NCBI GenBank assembly: GCA_031415455.1 | Contig: JANORS010000005.1 | Coordinates: forward strand, 134,123 to 198,122 | From: Acidobacteriota bacterium | Lineage (GTDB): Bacteria; Acidobacteriota; Blastocatellia; Pyrinomonadales; Pyrinomonadaceae | Reading direction: 5' to 3' | Length of the DNA stretch: 64,000 bases | Shown: positions 29,228 to 41,500 of the stretch, piece by piece | Layout of the letters: every line of letters starts with the position of its first letter | Position numbering within the stretch: the first letter of the stretch is position 1 | Program-made: the position numbers and the translations under genes | Notes under the pieces: generated by a model | What the model was told of the DNA's origin: nothing | Seen by the model: the letters and a program-made list of their open reading frames with translations, nothing else | Databases searched by the model: none

Positions 29228-30568
29228 ATGAAAACAGTTTTCAAATATTTAACAGTAGCAACTTTAGCCGTTGCATTTTCAGCAGCATTGGTAACAACAT
29301 CTTTTGCTCAAACCGATGAAGAAAAAATTGCAGCCGATAAAACAAGACTTTACGATAAAGGTTTTATTGGAGACGTCAACGCTTGTAAAAAAGACGCACC
29401 AAATCCGCAAGATTGTAACTACAAAACAACGGACAAGGTAAAAAGAAAAGCTGCATTTGAATCAGCACGCGAATATGTCAAAAAATATGAAGCCGATAAT
29501 GACGGAATCGTCACTTTTTTGAAAAAACGTATTGAAGCATACGATAAAGAAATTGCTCGTGAAGAACTTTTTGCACGATTTAATGACAGTGTTAAAAATT
29601 CGAAATGGGCAGAATCTTTTGCAAGTGGTAAAGAAATTTTGCGACAAGAGCCAGAATTGCTCGACATCGAAATAGTTTTAGCTTCTATCGCTTATGATCT
29701 TGCTGCCGCAAGTCCGCCGAACAACACTTTTAACGCTGAATCAATTGGCTACGCAAAATCTGTGATTCAAAAAGTTGAAGCCGGGAAAAAATCTGATAAT
29801 TTTGGAGCATTTGCTTATATTTATAAAACTCCAAAATATGCAGACGGTAAAGCAAATCTTCTCGGTTGGATGAATTACACAATCGGATTCCTTTTAAATG
29901 CACCGCGAACTAAAGTTGAAAAAGATACGCTTGATTATTATGCAAAAGCATTGACTTATAAAGGTTCAGAAGTTGTTGGATTTTCGGATATTCATCGAGC
30001 ATTTGCTTCATATTATGTTTCAGAATTTTCAAAAATTGATACGGATCGAGTTGCAAAAATCAAAGTTGCAAATGGCGAAGATACAGACGAAACAAAAGCA
30101 CTTTTAGCATTGCAAAAAGGTTATGCTGACCGTGCAATTGAAGCATACGCTCGTGCTCAAGATACTGCAAAAAAACAGTCTTTATCAGCTGATAACGCTA
30201 CAAATAAAGAGTTTTTTACCAAAAGAGCAACAGGTTATAATGATACTTTGACTCAATTATATCGTTTCCGTTTTGATAAAGACTCTGGTGCTGCTGTTCC
30301 TGCAAAAGACGTTGAGGTCTATGTTACAGGTGTTTTGGCAAAACCAATGTCTGATGTTAATACAGCCGTTACGCCTGTCGAAGAAGTAAAACCTGTTGTT
30401 GTGCCGCCAACCACAACTCCTGTTAAACCGACTACAAAACCAGTAACACCAACTGTTAAGCCAGCAACGCCGGCAAAGCCAGTTGCTACGCCGGCGAAGC
30501 CGGCACCGACAAAACCTGCAACTTCAAAAACGGCAGTTAAAAAACCTGTCGCTAAAAAGAAAACATAG
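29228..30568 (+). CDS. Secreted protein with a Pro/Thr/Lys-rich C-terminal tail
   Basis: GGAGG SD before ATG 29228. Signal peptide ending SFAQ. The last ~70 aa are PVKPTTKP-type low complexity. Confidence 0.5.
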   Translation: MKTVFKYLTVATLAVAFSAALVTTSFAQTDEEKIAADKTRLYDKGFIGDVNACKKDAPNPQDCNYKTTDKVKRKAAFESAREYVKKYEADNDGIVTFLKKRIEAYDKEIAREELFARFNDSVKNSKWAESFASGKEILRQEPELLDIEIVLASIAYDLAAASPPNNTFNAESIGYAKSVIQKVEAGKKSDNFGAFAYIYKTPKYADGKANLLGWMNYTIGFLLNAPRTKVEKDTLDYYAKALTYKGSEVVGFSDIHRAFASYYVSEFSKIDTDRVAKIKVANGEDTDETKALLALQKGYADRAIEAYARAQDTAKKQSLSADNATNKEFFTKRATGYNDTLTQLYRFRFDKDSGAAVPAKDVEVYVTGVLAKPMSDVNTAVTPVEEVKPVVVPPTTTPVKPTTKPVTPTVKPATPAKPVATPAKPAPTKPATSKTAVKKPVAKKKT

Positions 30569-30600
30569 TTTTAGAGGTTGTTACCTTCAAGTTAAAATAG

Positions 30601-30637
30601 AAATCGGACGTAATAATGCGTCCGATTTTCTTTTTCT
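30601..30637 (+). terminator. Rho-independent terminator
   Basis: AAATCGGACG / CGTCCGATTT 10-bp stem followed by a T-rich tract. Confidence 0.7.
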
Positions 30638-30656
30638 GTATAGTTATAATTGAGTT

Positions 30657-31358
30657 ATGAATTTTCTTGCTATTGAAAAAATATTAGGTTACTCATTTAA
30701 AAATACCGATTTGCTTGAAAGAGCATTAACGCATCGTTCTTTTGCCTACGAAAAAATGCCATTTGGACAAGAAATTGAGGTGCGAGCGTTGCATAATGAA
30801 ACACTAGAATTTGTTGGAGATTCGGTTCTTGGTTTAGCAATCGCTGAACAGCTTTTTATCAAACATCCAACTTTGAGCGAAGGCGATTTGACCTTAATGA
30901 AGCATCGTCTTGTCAGTACGGAAACTCTCGCTAAATTATCAGATAAATTGACTTTAGGAGATTTTGTCCGTTTTGGAAAAGGCGAATTAAAAACCGGTGG
31001 CAGAAAGAAATTAGCACTTCAAGCAGACATCGTAGAAGCATTAATTGGTGCAATTTTTTTTGATAGCGGATACATTGCAGCTCGAGCTTTTGTCGCAAAA
31101 ATATTTGTTGACGAACTACGGACAATAACACCAAGTTCGGCAATTGATTTTAAGTCAACATTGCAAGAAAAACTTCAAGCAAAAAAACTTCCGCCGCCAA
31201 TTTATAGTAAAACTCAAATGATTGGTCCATCGCATAAACCGGTTTTTCACGTTGATGTTTCTTGGGGCGGAAGTAAAGAAACCGGAATTGGCAATAGTTT
31301 AAAAGAAGCAGAAATGCGTGCGGCACAAAAGGCTCTGAAGAAATTAGCTGACGAGTAA
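30657..31358 (+). CDS. rnc: Ribonuclease III
   Basis: Signature ETLEFVGDSVLG and a C-terminal dsRBD. Confidence 0.9.
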   Translation: MNFLAIEKILGYSFKNTDLLERALTHRSFAYEKMPFGQEIEVRALHNETLEFVGDSVLGLAIAEQLFIKHPTLSEGDLTLMKHRLVSTETLAKLSDKLTLGDFVRFGKGELKTGGRKKLALQADIVEALIGAIFFDSGYIAARAFVAKIFVDELRTITPSSAIDFKSTLQEKLQAKKLPPPIYSKTQMIGPSHKPVFHVDVSWGGSKETGIGNSLKEAEMRAAQKALKKLADE

Positions 31359-31396
31359 TTTGGAAAATATTGATTTGAGACATACAATAAAACTTT

Positions 31397-32199
31397 ATGA
31401 GTAAAGAAGTAAAAAAGGTAGAAGCCAAGAAAACCGAACCCAAAACAATATTTCGAGAGTATTTTGAATCGCTTGTGACTACACTTGTGATGGCTATTTT
31501 TGGAATGACTTTTGTTGTTCAAGCTGTTACTGTTCCGACGGGTTCAATGCAAAACTCAATTCTTATTGATGATTTTTTCCTCGTCAACAAGTTTATTTTT
31601 CCACCCGAAAAAAATCCGTTACCTTTTCTTCCGCAAAGAAATATCGAACGCGGAGATATTATAGTTTTCAAATATCCGGGCTTTGGCGATGGCAGATCTG
31701 AACAAGCTCCGCCATTTGTTTCTAATTACATTAAACGAGTTATCGGTTTGCCGGGCGAAACTGTTGAATTTAAAGCAAATCAGGTTTTTATTAACGGCGA
31801 ATTGCTACCTGAGCATCGCCTTGTTTCAACAGATATCGGTTACGAAGCAGAAATGAAAAATACGGAAGTTGCTCCCAAGCAAGATAATGAAAAATATAGT
31901 GTTGTTTACTCTGATGATTCAATGGATTTGGTAAATAGTGGCAATAGCGTTGTTTCCAAAAATATGAAATTTGGTGTGAAAGGCGGAAAGATGGTAGTTC
32001 CAGAAAACCAATATTTTGTAATGGGTGATAATCGAGATAACAGCACAGATGGAAGATTTTGGGGATTTGTTCCGCGAGAGTATGTTATCGGAAGAGCTAT
32101 GTTTACTTACTTTTCTTGCGATCGCGAGTTAGCCAAAGGCGAAACACTCGGTTGTTTCAGGCATCCGCGTTTTAATCGAATTGGGAAATTTATACAATA

Positions 32200-32200
<1 letters not shown>
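31397..32200 (+). CDS. lepB: Signal peptidase I
   Basis: Catalytic Ser box PTGSMQNS, KRVIGLPGE, GDNRDNSTDGRFWGFV. Confidence 0.9.
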
Positions 32201-34406
<2,206 letters not shown>

Positions 34407-34410
<4 letters not shown>

Positions 34411-35063
34411 TGAAAAGAATTGCCTTTTATGGCGGAAGTTTTGATCCGCTTCACAACGGACATTTGACGATTGCAAAGAGATTGAGCAACGATTTCAGGC
34501 TCGATAAATTTGTTTTTATTCCGGCTTTTCACGCTCCGCATAAACGCACGCGAGTTCCGGTATCGGCATTTAGTCGCTATGCGATGCTTTGTTTGGCAAC
34601 AAGTTCGGAACCTGATATTTCAGTTTCGAAAATTGAACTTGAACTTCCTGAAAAGCCATATTCAATTGAAACTTTGACTAAGTTAAAGTCTCAATTTGGA
34701 GAAACGCACGAGATTTTCTTTGTTATCGGTGCAGATTCTTGGTCAGAAATTACAACGTGGCGAGATTGGGAAAATCTGCTCAAAATTGTAAATATTATTG
34801 TTGTTACACGTCCGAATTATCAAATTAATTTCTCGCATGTGACAGCAGAAATAATAGATAGAATCGTTGATTTGCGAGTTGGTAAACGCGATATTTCGCC
34901 ATTTGAGACAAGCATATTTATCACAGATGCGGTAAATATGGACATTTCCGCAACTAACATTCGCCAGCTTGTAGCGGAAAATCAACAAGATTGGAAAACG
35001 TTTGTTCCGGCAGAAATTGCGGAATATATTGAGAAATACGAACTTTATAAAGACAAAATTTAA
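34407..35063 (+). CDS. nadD: Nicotinate-nucleotide adenylyltransferase
   Basis: GGSFDPLHNGH (HxGH) motif and an ISATNIR-type C-terminal motif. Confidence 0.9.
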
Positions 35064-35064
35064 A

Positions 35065-35490
35065 ATGGAAGAATTACAAGAAAAGATTTTAGAACATGAA
35101 ACGCTTGAGATTGTTGAATTAAAAACACCTTTTGCCGAAGTTGATGAACCTATCAAGTTAGCTTTACACTGTGCAAGCGAGAAAAAAGGCTTTAATCTGG
35201 CAGTTATTGACTTACGTTCAATTGCCAGTTTTACTGAGTTTTTCGTGCTTGCCAGCGGAACAAATAGTCGGCAAGTTCAAGCAATTTGCGATGAAATTGA
35301 AGATAAGCTGAAATCAGAACTAAAACACCGACCGATTCGAATTGAAGGTTATCAAACAGCCGATTGGGTTTTGTTAGATTACGGCGATTTTATCGTGCAC
35401 ATTTTTGAACAAAAACAACGTGCTTTTTATGATTTAGAAAGACTTTGGCGAGACGCGAGAATGGTCGAATTACCAGAAAATTTGCAATAA
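35065..35490 (+). CDS. rsfS: Ribosome silencing factor RsfS
   Basis: DWVLLDYGDFIVHIF motif. ATG 35065 lies directly after the nadD stop. Confidence 0.85.
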   Translation: MEELQEKILEHETLEIVELKTPFAEVDEPIKLALHCASEKKGFNLAVIDLRSIASFTEFFVLASGTNSRQVQAICDEIEDKLKSELKHRPIRIEGYQTADWVLLDYGDFIVHIFEQKQRAFYDLERLWRDARMVELPENLQ

Positions 35491-35492
35491 TT

Positions 35493-35933
35493 ATGCGTTT
35501 TAAGTTTGTTTGGGTTGGCAAAACTAAAAACAAAAATTGGCTTGCACTTCAAGAAGATTATTTGCAGCGGCTTTCGCATTTTGTAAAGTTTGATGTTTCT
35601 GAGCTTCGTGATGGAACTAAAGAAAGCGAAGGGAAATTGATAGTTGAAACGTTAAATCCTCACAGTTTTTGTTGTGTCCTTGATGTTGTTGGAAAACCGT
35701 TTAGCTCTCACGATTTATCAAACAAAATTGAAAATTGGCAAAACCAAAGTTTCAAAGAAATTTCGTTTATTATCGGTGGTGCTGATGGAGTTTCGAGCCA
35801 AGTTTTGGAAAAATCAGATCAGCGAATTTCACTTTCGCAACTCACTTTGACCCACGAAGCGGCGAGAGTTTTGTTAATTGAACAACTTTATCGAGCATAT
35901 ACAATTCTCAAAGGTTTTCCTTATCAAAAATGA
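35493..35933 (+). CDS. rlmH: 23S rRNA (pseudouridine1915-N3)-methyltransferase RlmH
   Basis: SPOUT-type C-terminus (IIGGADG, LSLSQLTLTHE) and the usual position after rsfS. Confidence 0.85.
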   Translation: MRFKFVWVGKTKNKNWLALQEDYLQRLSHFVKFDVSELRDGTKESEGKLIVETLNPHSFCCVLDVVGKPFSSHDLSNKIENWQNQSFKEISFIIGGADGVSSQVLEKSDQRISLSQLTLTHEAARVLLIEQLYRAYTILKGFPYQK

Positions 35934-36667
35934 ATACAGCAAGCATTGCAAATAAAGTTTACGACAGTCTTTTAACGGTAATTTTCCCACAAGCGTGCGA
36001 AATATGCGGAAGAAGTGTCGAAAAATTTTGTGTTGGAAAATGCTGCGAAAAGTGCTGGAGCGAAACTCATATATTTAAAGGAAATGAAACACTTTGCGAT
36101 AAATGCGGTGCGTTTCTGCACGGAGAACCCCAAAAAACAAAGATATTTTGCCAAAAATGTAGCGAGCATTTTTACGATTCCGCACGTGCTGCTGGAGTTT
36201 ACGAAAAAGCAATCCGAGCTTCGGTTCTTCAACTAAAAAGCACACCTTTTGCACCACAAAAAATAACCAATATTTTAGTAAACGCCTTTCACAATTCGTC
36301 ATTTCAAGATACGACCAAAATAATTTCGGTTCCACTTTCACGACAAAGATTTGCGGAACGAACATTTAATCAAGCTGAGGTTTTATCAGCAAAATTCGGG
36401 AAAATAATTGGCATTGAAGTCGATAATCTAAGTCTTGCAAGAATCACACAAGTAGAAAAACGCCGAGCCGGAATGGACAAAAAAGCACGTTTCGCATCAG
36501 TCAAGAATGCTTTTGATGTAATGCGACCAAAGCTCATCGAAAACCAGAATATTTTGTTGATTGACGATGTTTTTACAACTGGTGCAACGGTTTCAAATTG
36601 TGCAAAAATTCTCAAGAAAAAAGGTGCAAGCAAAGTATATATTTTGACTGTTGCTCGCACCGTTTAG
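35930..36667 (+). CDS. comF: ComF-family phosphoribosyltransferase-like protein
   Basis: N-terminal Cys4 zinc-ribbon pattern and C-terminal PRTase loop LLIDDVFTTGATV. Confidence 0.75.
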   Translation: MNTASIANKVYDSLLTVIFPQACEICGRSVEKFCVGKCCEKCWSETHIFKGNETLCDKCGAFLHGEPQKTKIFCQKCSEHFYDSARAAGVYEKAIRASVLQLKSTPFAPQKITNILVNAFHNSSFQDTTKIISVPLSRQRFAERTFNQAEVLSAKFGKIIGIEVDNLSLARITQVEKRRAGMDKKARFASVKNAFDVMRPKLIENQNILLIDDVFTTGATVSNCAKILKKKGASKVYILTVARTV

Positions 36668-36699
36668 TTTTTTGCTTGAAACTAAATTCCATTTTTGTA

Positions 36700-37303
36700 G
36701 TTAAAGAATCTTCAAAAACTCAATAAATTTGTTTCCATACAACAGTTCAGCGGGTTCGGTTTTGTTTGTTTGCGGTCAGGAAATGTTGAATTAGAGTGTT
36801 GAAGGCGAAATGTTTTGTCATATTTGGGAGTAAATGATGAACTTTGTGCAGTACAACTAAGTTCATTAATAAAAAGATTCTTCAGTTTGTTATCATCAGA
36901 TTTCAAGAGATTTTTACTCGCCAAATTGTTGTCCGGCGTTGTCGTTTTCGTCACAAATCGCTTCAGATAAAACCGCGTTTCTACCATAATAAATTCGTAT
37001 TTATTTACCCGCTTTTGACAAAGATAGCCGTCGCCTTTTTTAGGATTTCATTCTCCATTTCAAGCTCGAATATCCACTTTTTCAGCTTCACGTAACCCCG
37101 GTTTCCTCCACTTATCTGCGGAATTAACTCCTTTTTCCACTTGTGAATCGTGTTCTACTTAACACCAATCTCCCGCGAAACCCCAGAACAATAAAGTAAC
37201 CAATTATCCATCCAAACACTTATTCACAACTTTTTTGGATTTTTTATCAAATTTTTTATCTGATTATTTTAAAAGAGAGTTCGTGTTCTGTTTTATGAGA
37301 CCA
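36700..37303 (-). mobile_element. Truncated IS3-family insertion sequence (orfA remnant plus the 5' part of orfB; no DDE core)
   Basis: Minus-strand orfA-like frame 37211->37005: REIGVK-TAG-NTIHKWKKE...LEMENEILKKATAIF. It includes the slippery heptamer A_AAA_AAG. The -1 frame continues (NKYEFI...) to 36712. The TG-starting end lies at 37303. Confidence 0.6.
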
Positions 37304-37402
37304 TAGTAGTTTGAGGTGTTAATATTTGTTGCGACAAATCGAAAAATTAATCTTGCTAGAATTGAAAAACTATTCACCCCAAAGCCGACAATCCAGCCTG
37401 AT

Positions 37403-38497
37403 TTAATGTTTAGAACCTTCCATTAAATCAACAAAACGTTGAAATAAATACTCAGAATCGTGCGGACCCGGAGCAGACTCCGGATGATATTGAACACTGA
37501 AGATAGGCAAAGTTTTATGTCGCAAACCGGCAACAGTTTTGTCGTTAAGGTTTATATGCGTAACTTCGATGTTGTCAGGTAGCGAATCGGCATCAACTGC
37601 AAAACCGTGATTATGTGCCGTTATTTCAACTTTTCCGGTTGTTAAATCTTTAATCGGCTGGTTACCGCCGCGATGTCCGAAAAGCATTTTGTAAGTTTTT
37701 CCACCAAAAACTTGACCGAGAATTTGATGTCCGAGACAAATTCCAAATATTGGAACATTTGATGCAGCTAGTTTTGTGATTTCTGAAACAACCAAACTCA
37801 TCGAACTAGGATCGCCCGGACCATTTGAGAGAAAAACTCCATCAGGCTTTAATTTTAAAACATCTTCGGCGGAAGTTTTAGCATTTATAACTGTTATTTT
37901 GCAGTTGTGTTTTTCAAATTCTCGCAGCGAATTAGTCTTAACTCCAAAATCGTAACAAACAATGTGATATTTTCCAGAAGTTGTGTATTCGTATGTTTCG
38001 CTAGTAGTTACAAGGCTAGCAAGTTCGCGATTCTTCATTTCGGCGGAAGAATTTACCTTTTCGAGCAAACTTGTTTCATTCAAGTCAACGCTTGAAATTG
38101 CCGCTCGCATTGCTCCTTTGTCGCGAATATGACGAACCAATGCACGAGTATCAATATGTTCAATTCCAACAATTTTGTGACGTTTCATATAAGAATCGAG
38201 AGTTTCTTCGGCACGCCAGTTTGAGGAAATTTTACATGCTTCGCGGACAACAAATCCTTCAGCCCAAGGTTTTTTTGATTCAGAATCTTCTGAGTTTGTG
38301 CCGTAATTTCCAATCAGCGGATAGGTCATACAAACAAGCTGTCCGGCATAACTTGGGTCGGTGAGAATTTCTTGATAGCCACTCATTGAAGTATTAAAGA
38401 CCATTTCTCCAAAGGTTTCGCCTTCTGCCCCGAAAGAATATCCGCGAAAAGTGCGTCCATCTTCAAGAACTAAAATAGCTTGTTTTTCTAAAGTCAT
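37403..38497 (-). CDS. carA: Carbamoyl-phosphate synthase small (glutaminase) subunit
   Basis: 364 aa. GICLGHQ catalytic Cys box and the HPE motif (QYHPESAPGPHD). Confidence 0.95.
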   Translation of the reverse strand: MTLEKQAILVLEDGRTFRGYSFGAEGETFGEMVFNTSMSGYQEILTDPSYAGQLVCMTYPLIGNYGTNSEDSESKKPWAEGFVVREACKISSNWRAEETLDSYMKRHKIVGIEHIDTRALVRHIRDKGAMRAAISSVDLNETSLLEKVNSSAEMKNRELASLVTTSETYEYTTSGKYHIVCYDFGVKTNSLREFEKHNCKITVINAKTSAEDVLKLKPDGVFLSNGPGDPSSMSLVVSEITKLAASNVPIFGICLGHQILGQVFGGKTYKMLFGHRGGNQPIKDLTTGKVEITAHNHGFAVDADSLPDNIEVTHINLNDKTVAGLRHKTLPIFSVQYHPESAPGPHDSEYLFQRFVDLMEGSKH

Positions 38498-38506
38498 TTT
38501 TATAAA

Positions 38507-41500
38507 TTAACGAACAAAAATAGTTGGAAGCGGTAAATCGCCACTTGCTCCAAACTGTTGTGAAACAAAATTATTGTTTAAACTTTGCAGATAATACCAA
38601 AAATTATTGGTTGAACGAAATACTGCAATATCACGTTTTCCATCGCCATCGAAGTCTGCTTGAAGCGGTAAATCAGAATTAATTCCAAATTGAAAAGCTG
38701 AAAAACCTTGCGTTGTTTTTTGCAAATACCAAGTTGAATTGCTTGGTCTGAAAACCGCAAAATCAGCTTTTCCATCGCCATCATAATCTCCAACGACAGG
38801 TTTATCGCCGTTTTGACCAAATTGAATTGCTCTAAATCCGTTATCTGAACTCTGCAAAACATACCAAACGCCAATGTTTGGACGGAAAACAGCAATATCA
38901 GATTTACCATCGTTGTCAAAATCAGCATTTACTGGCAAATCTTGGTTGCTTCCAAATTGTGAAGTTCGAATTTGCCCATTTGAGCTGTTTAAAATATACC
39001 AAGTGCCGTTTGATTGCCGAAAAACTGCGACATCAGCTTTTCCGTCTCCATCAAAGTCATCAGGCGTTTTTATGTCATTAGCTAAGCCAAAATTATTTAC
39101 TGAAATAGTTTGATTTGAACTATTTAAAACAAACCAAATATTAGTTGAAGGTCGGAAAATTGCGAAATCTGTTTTTCCGTCGCCATCATAATCGGCGTTT
39201 ACCGCAATGTCGTTTGTTGTTCCCCAAGAAACACCTTGAAGTGCAGAATTGCTACTTTGACGAACAACAAAATCAGGCAAATTATCGGCTGAAGTTGGTC
39301 TAAAAACACTTAAATCTGTATTCCCATCGCCATCAAAGTCAAACGGAGTTTTAAAACTCAAATTCTGGCGGCAACATTCATAATTGTCCAAAACTCTGAA
39401 GTTGTCGATAAACTGACCTTCGCGTGTTCCGCCAATATCTGTGCCAACTCTAAATCGAAATTGGACATTTTGTCCCGCCGCAGAAGCAGGAAGTTTTGCT
39501 CTCGTAGTTATAAAAACTGCTGTATTGTTGAGTCCGCTTTTGCCCGACCAACCAAGTCTTCCAGCGAGCGGATTTTGACAACAACTGTCAATTATTCCGT
39601 CATAACCGCCTGATAAAAACGTTCCACCTGCAGCCAAAATATCTTGCCAATTTCCGCTTCCAATTTTTATTTCTAAAACACTTCCATCGTAAAGTCGATT
39701 GCGTAAAAACGTCGATTCCAAGTCATATTTGTTACGAAACTCGAGTTCAGCTGTCGTCGAAACTATTGAGAATGTTGGTGTTATAAGTTCGTTACTGCCA
39801 ATTTGATTTGGAGTTGCAGAGTATGCACCGTTTGGCGGAGTGTCAAATGAACGTTCGGTTAAAACCCAATTAACGCCCATACCGGTCGATGAAGTTGTCC
39901 AACCTTTTGGCAGATTTGGAAGCGGAAAATTGTCGAATTCTTCATCAAGTGCAAAGCGACGCTTTCCGGCATTAAACCTAAACGAAACAGTGCCAAGATT
40001 CTCGCTTCCATCTTGCAAACTTAATGTTAAAACGATTTCATCACCACACGTTAAAGCAGAGTTTGCAGTGAAAGAAAATGGACGCGAAACGGTTGAACCA
40101 TTTATTGCTAATAAGCCGTAAGTTTGTGCGTTACTTGGGTTCGTTATGCCGCCAGTTGGTTGCAAAGTAGCGACTAAATTTGCAGTGTCGCGTGAACCAG
40201 TGTTGCGTAATGCGAGATTTATTTGAATCGCTTCGCCCGGATCAATGGTTTGATTTAGAGAACAGCTTTCTGCCGTAATTTCAGTGCCGGAATTTACCAA
40301 AACTGCAGTTGGTTGCAAGGCAAAATTTTGTGTCAAAGTTTGTCCGTTTATCGTCGGAACAGTAATTGTTTGCGATTTGTAACCTTTTGCTGTTGCCGTA
40401 ATTGAATAAGTGTTCGGCACAAGCAATAAAGTTCCATAATTTCCGCTTGAATTTGTGCCACGAGAGAAAGTTGAATTTGCCGTAACCAGTGCATTAGCAA
40501 TTGGTTGCGAAGTTTCTGTATTCGTCACAATTCCGATAATTGTTGAACGAGGTGCATTTATACATTCTGCAAAACGAAATTTTCCGATTCGAGTTAACCA
40601 ACCAAAATCGCTTTCGTTCTGACTTTCGAGAGTATAGTATTCGTTTGTAAACCAAAAAGTGCAATCGTCAGAAACGTCAGTGTTCATCGCACTATAATCG
40701 CCCCAACGAAAGCCAAACGCAGTCTGCACACCGCTTGCATTTGCTAAAGTTCCCTCGGTTCGAAATGTGCTTTCAGTGGAGAGTTTTCCCGAATAAGCCA
40801 CATTTGGAACTTTTGCGTCATTTGTAAAACTATATCCAATTGCTGAATTTCCTTGCCAATCTTGTGCAGCACTTCCCATCCAACGGCTAGATTCGTTATC
40901 GCCAATTGTCGAAGCTGTGTTCAGTGTAAACGTTGAACCAATTCGGTTTAACTCATAAACGCGAACTCCTGCACGATAAGGCAGACCAATTGCCGAAGTC
41001 CGCACAGTTTGGTTAAAAATCAATGAATCGTGCGTTCCAAAATTACGATAACCAACGCGATACATTAATCTGTCACTTTGCGAATCGAGTGCTTCAGCGG
41101 GAGAAGGCGGAAAAATATCATTTCTGCCATCAGGACTTGTCGGATCGAAAGCGGCAACTAAAACGGGACTTTCTGCACGTTCGTTAAAGGTTGATAATGT
41201 TGGGTTTGCGAAGTTAGGTTTGAAATCAAAGAGACGAACTGCATCAGCTGAATCGCCATATTCAGTTGCAGAATATCCAACAAAAGTGTTTGGTGTGTTT
41301 GCCGGTGGCGGCGACATTCCGTCTAAATCGCTCGGTAAAAGTCCACCAAAACGAATCGTTGAAGGCGAAGCTAAATCAAAATAAACATAACTTGCGTTTG
41401 CATCGCCAACCAACATTTTCGCTCTATCAAAAGCGAAAACACCGGAACCAGCATAATCACTGCCAATAAATTCGTCCGTGGCGAGATAATAACCATCGCT

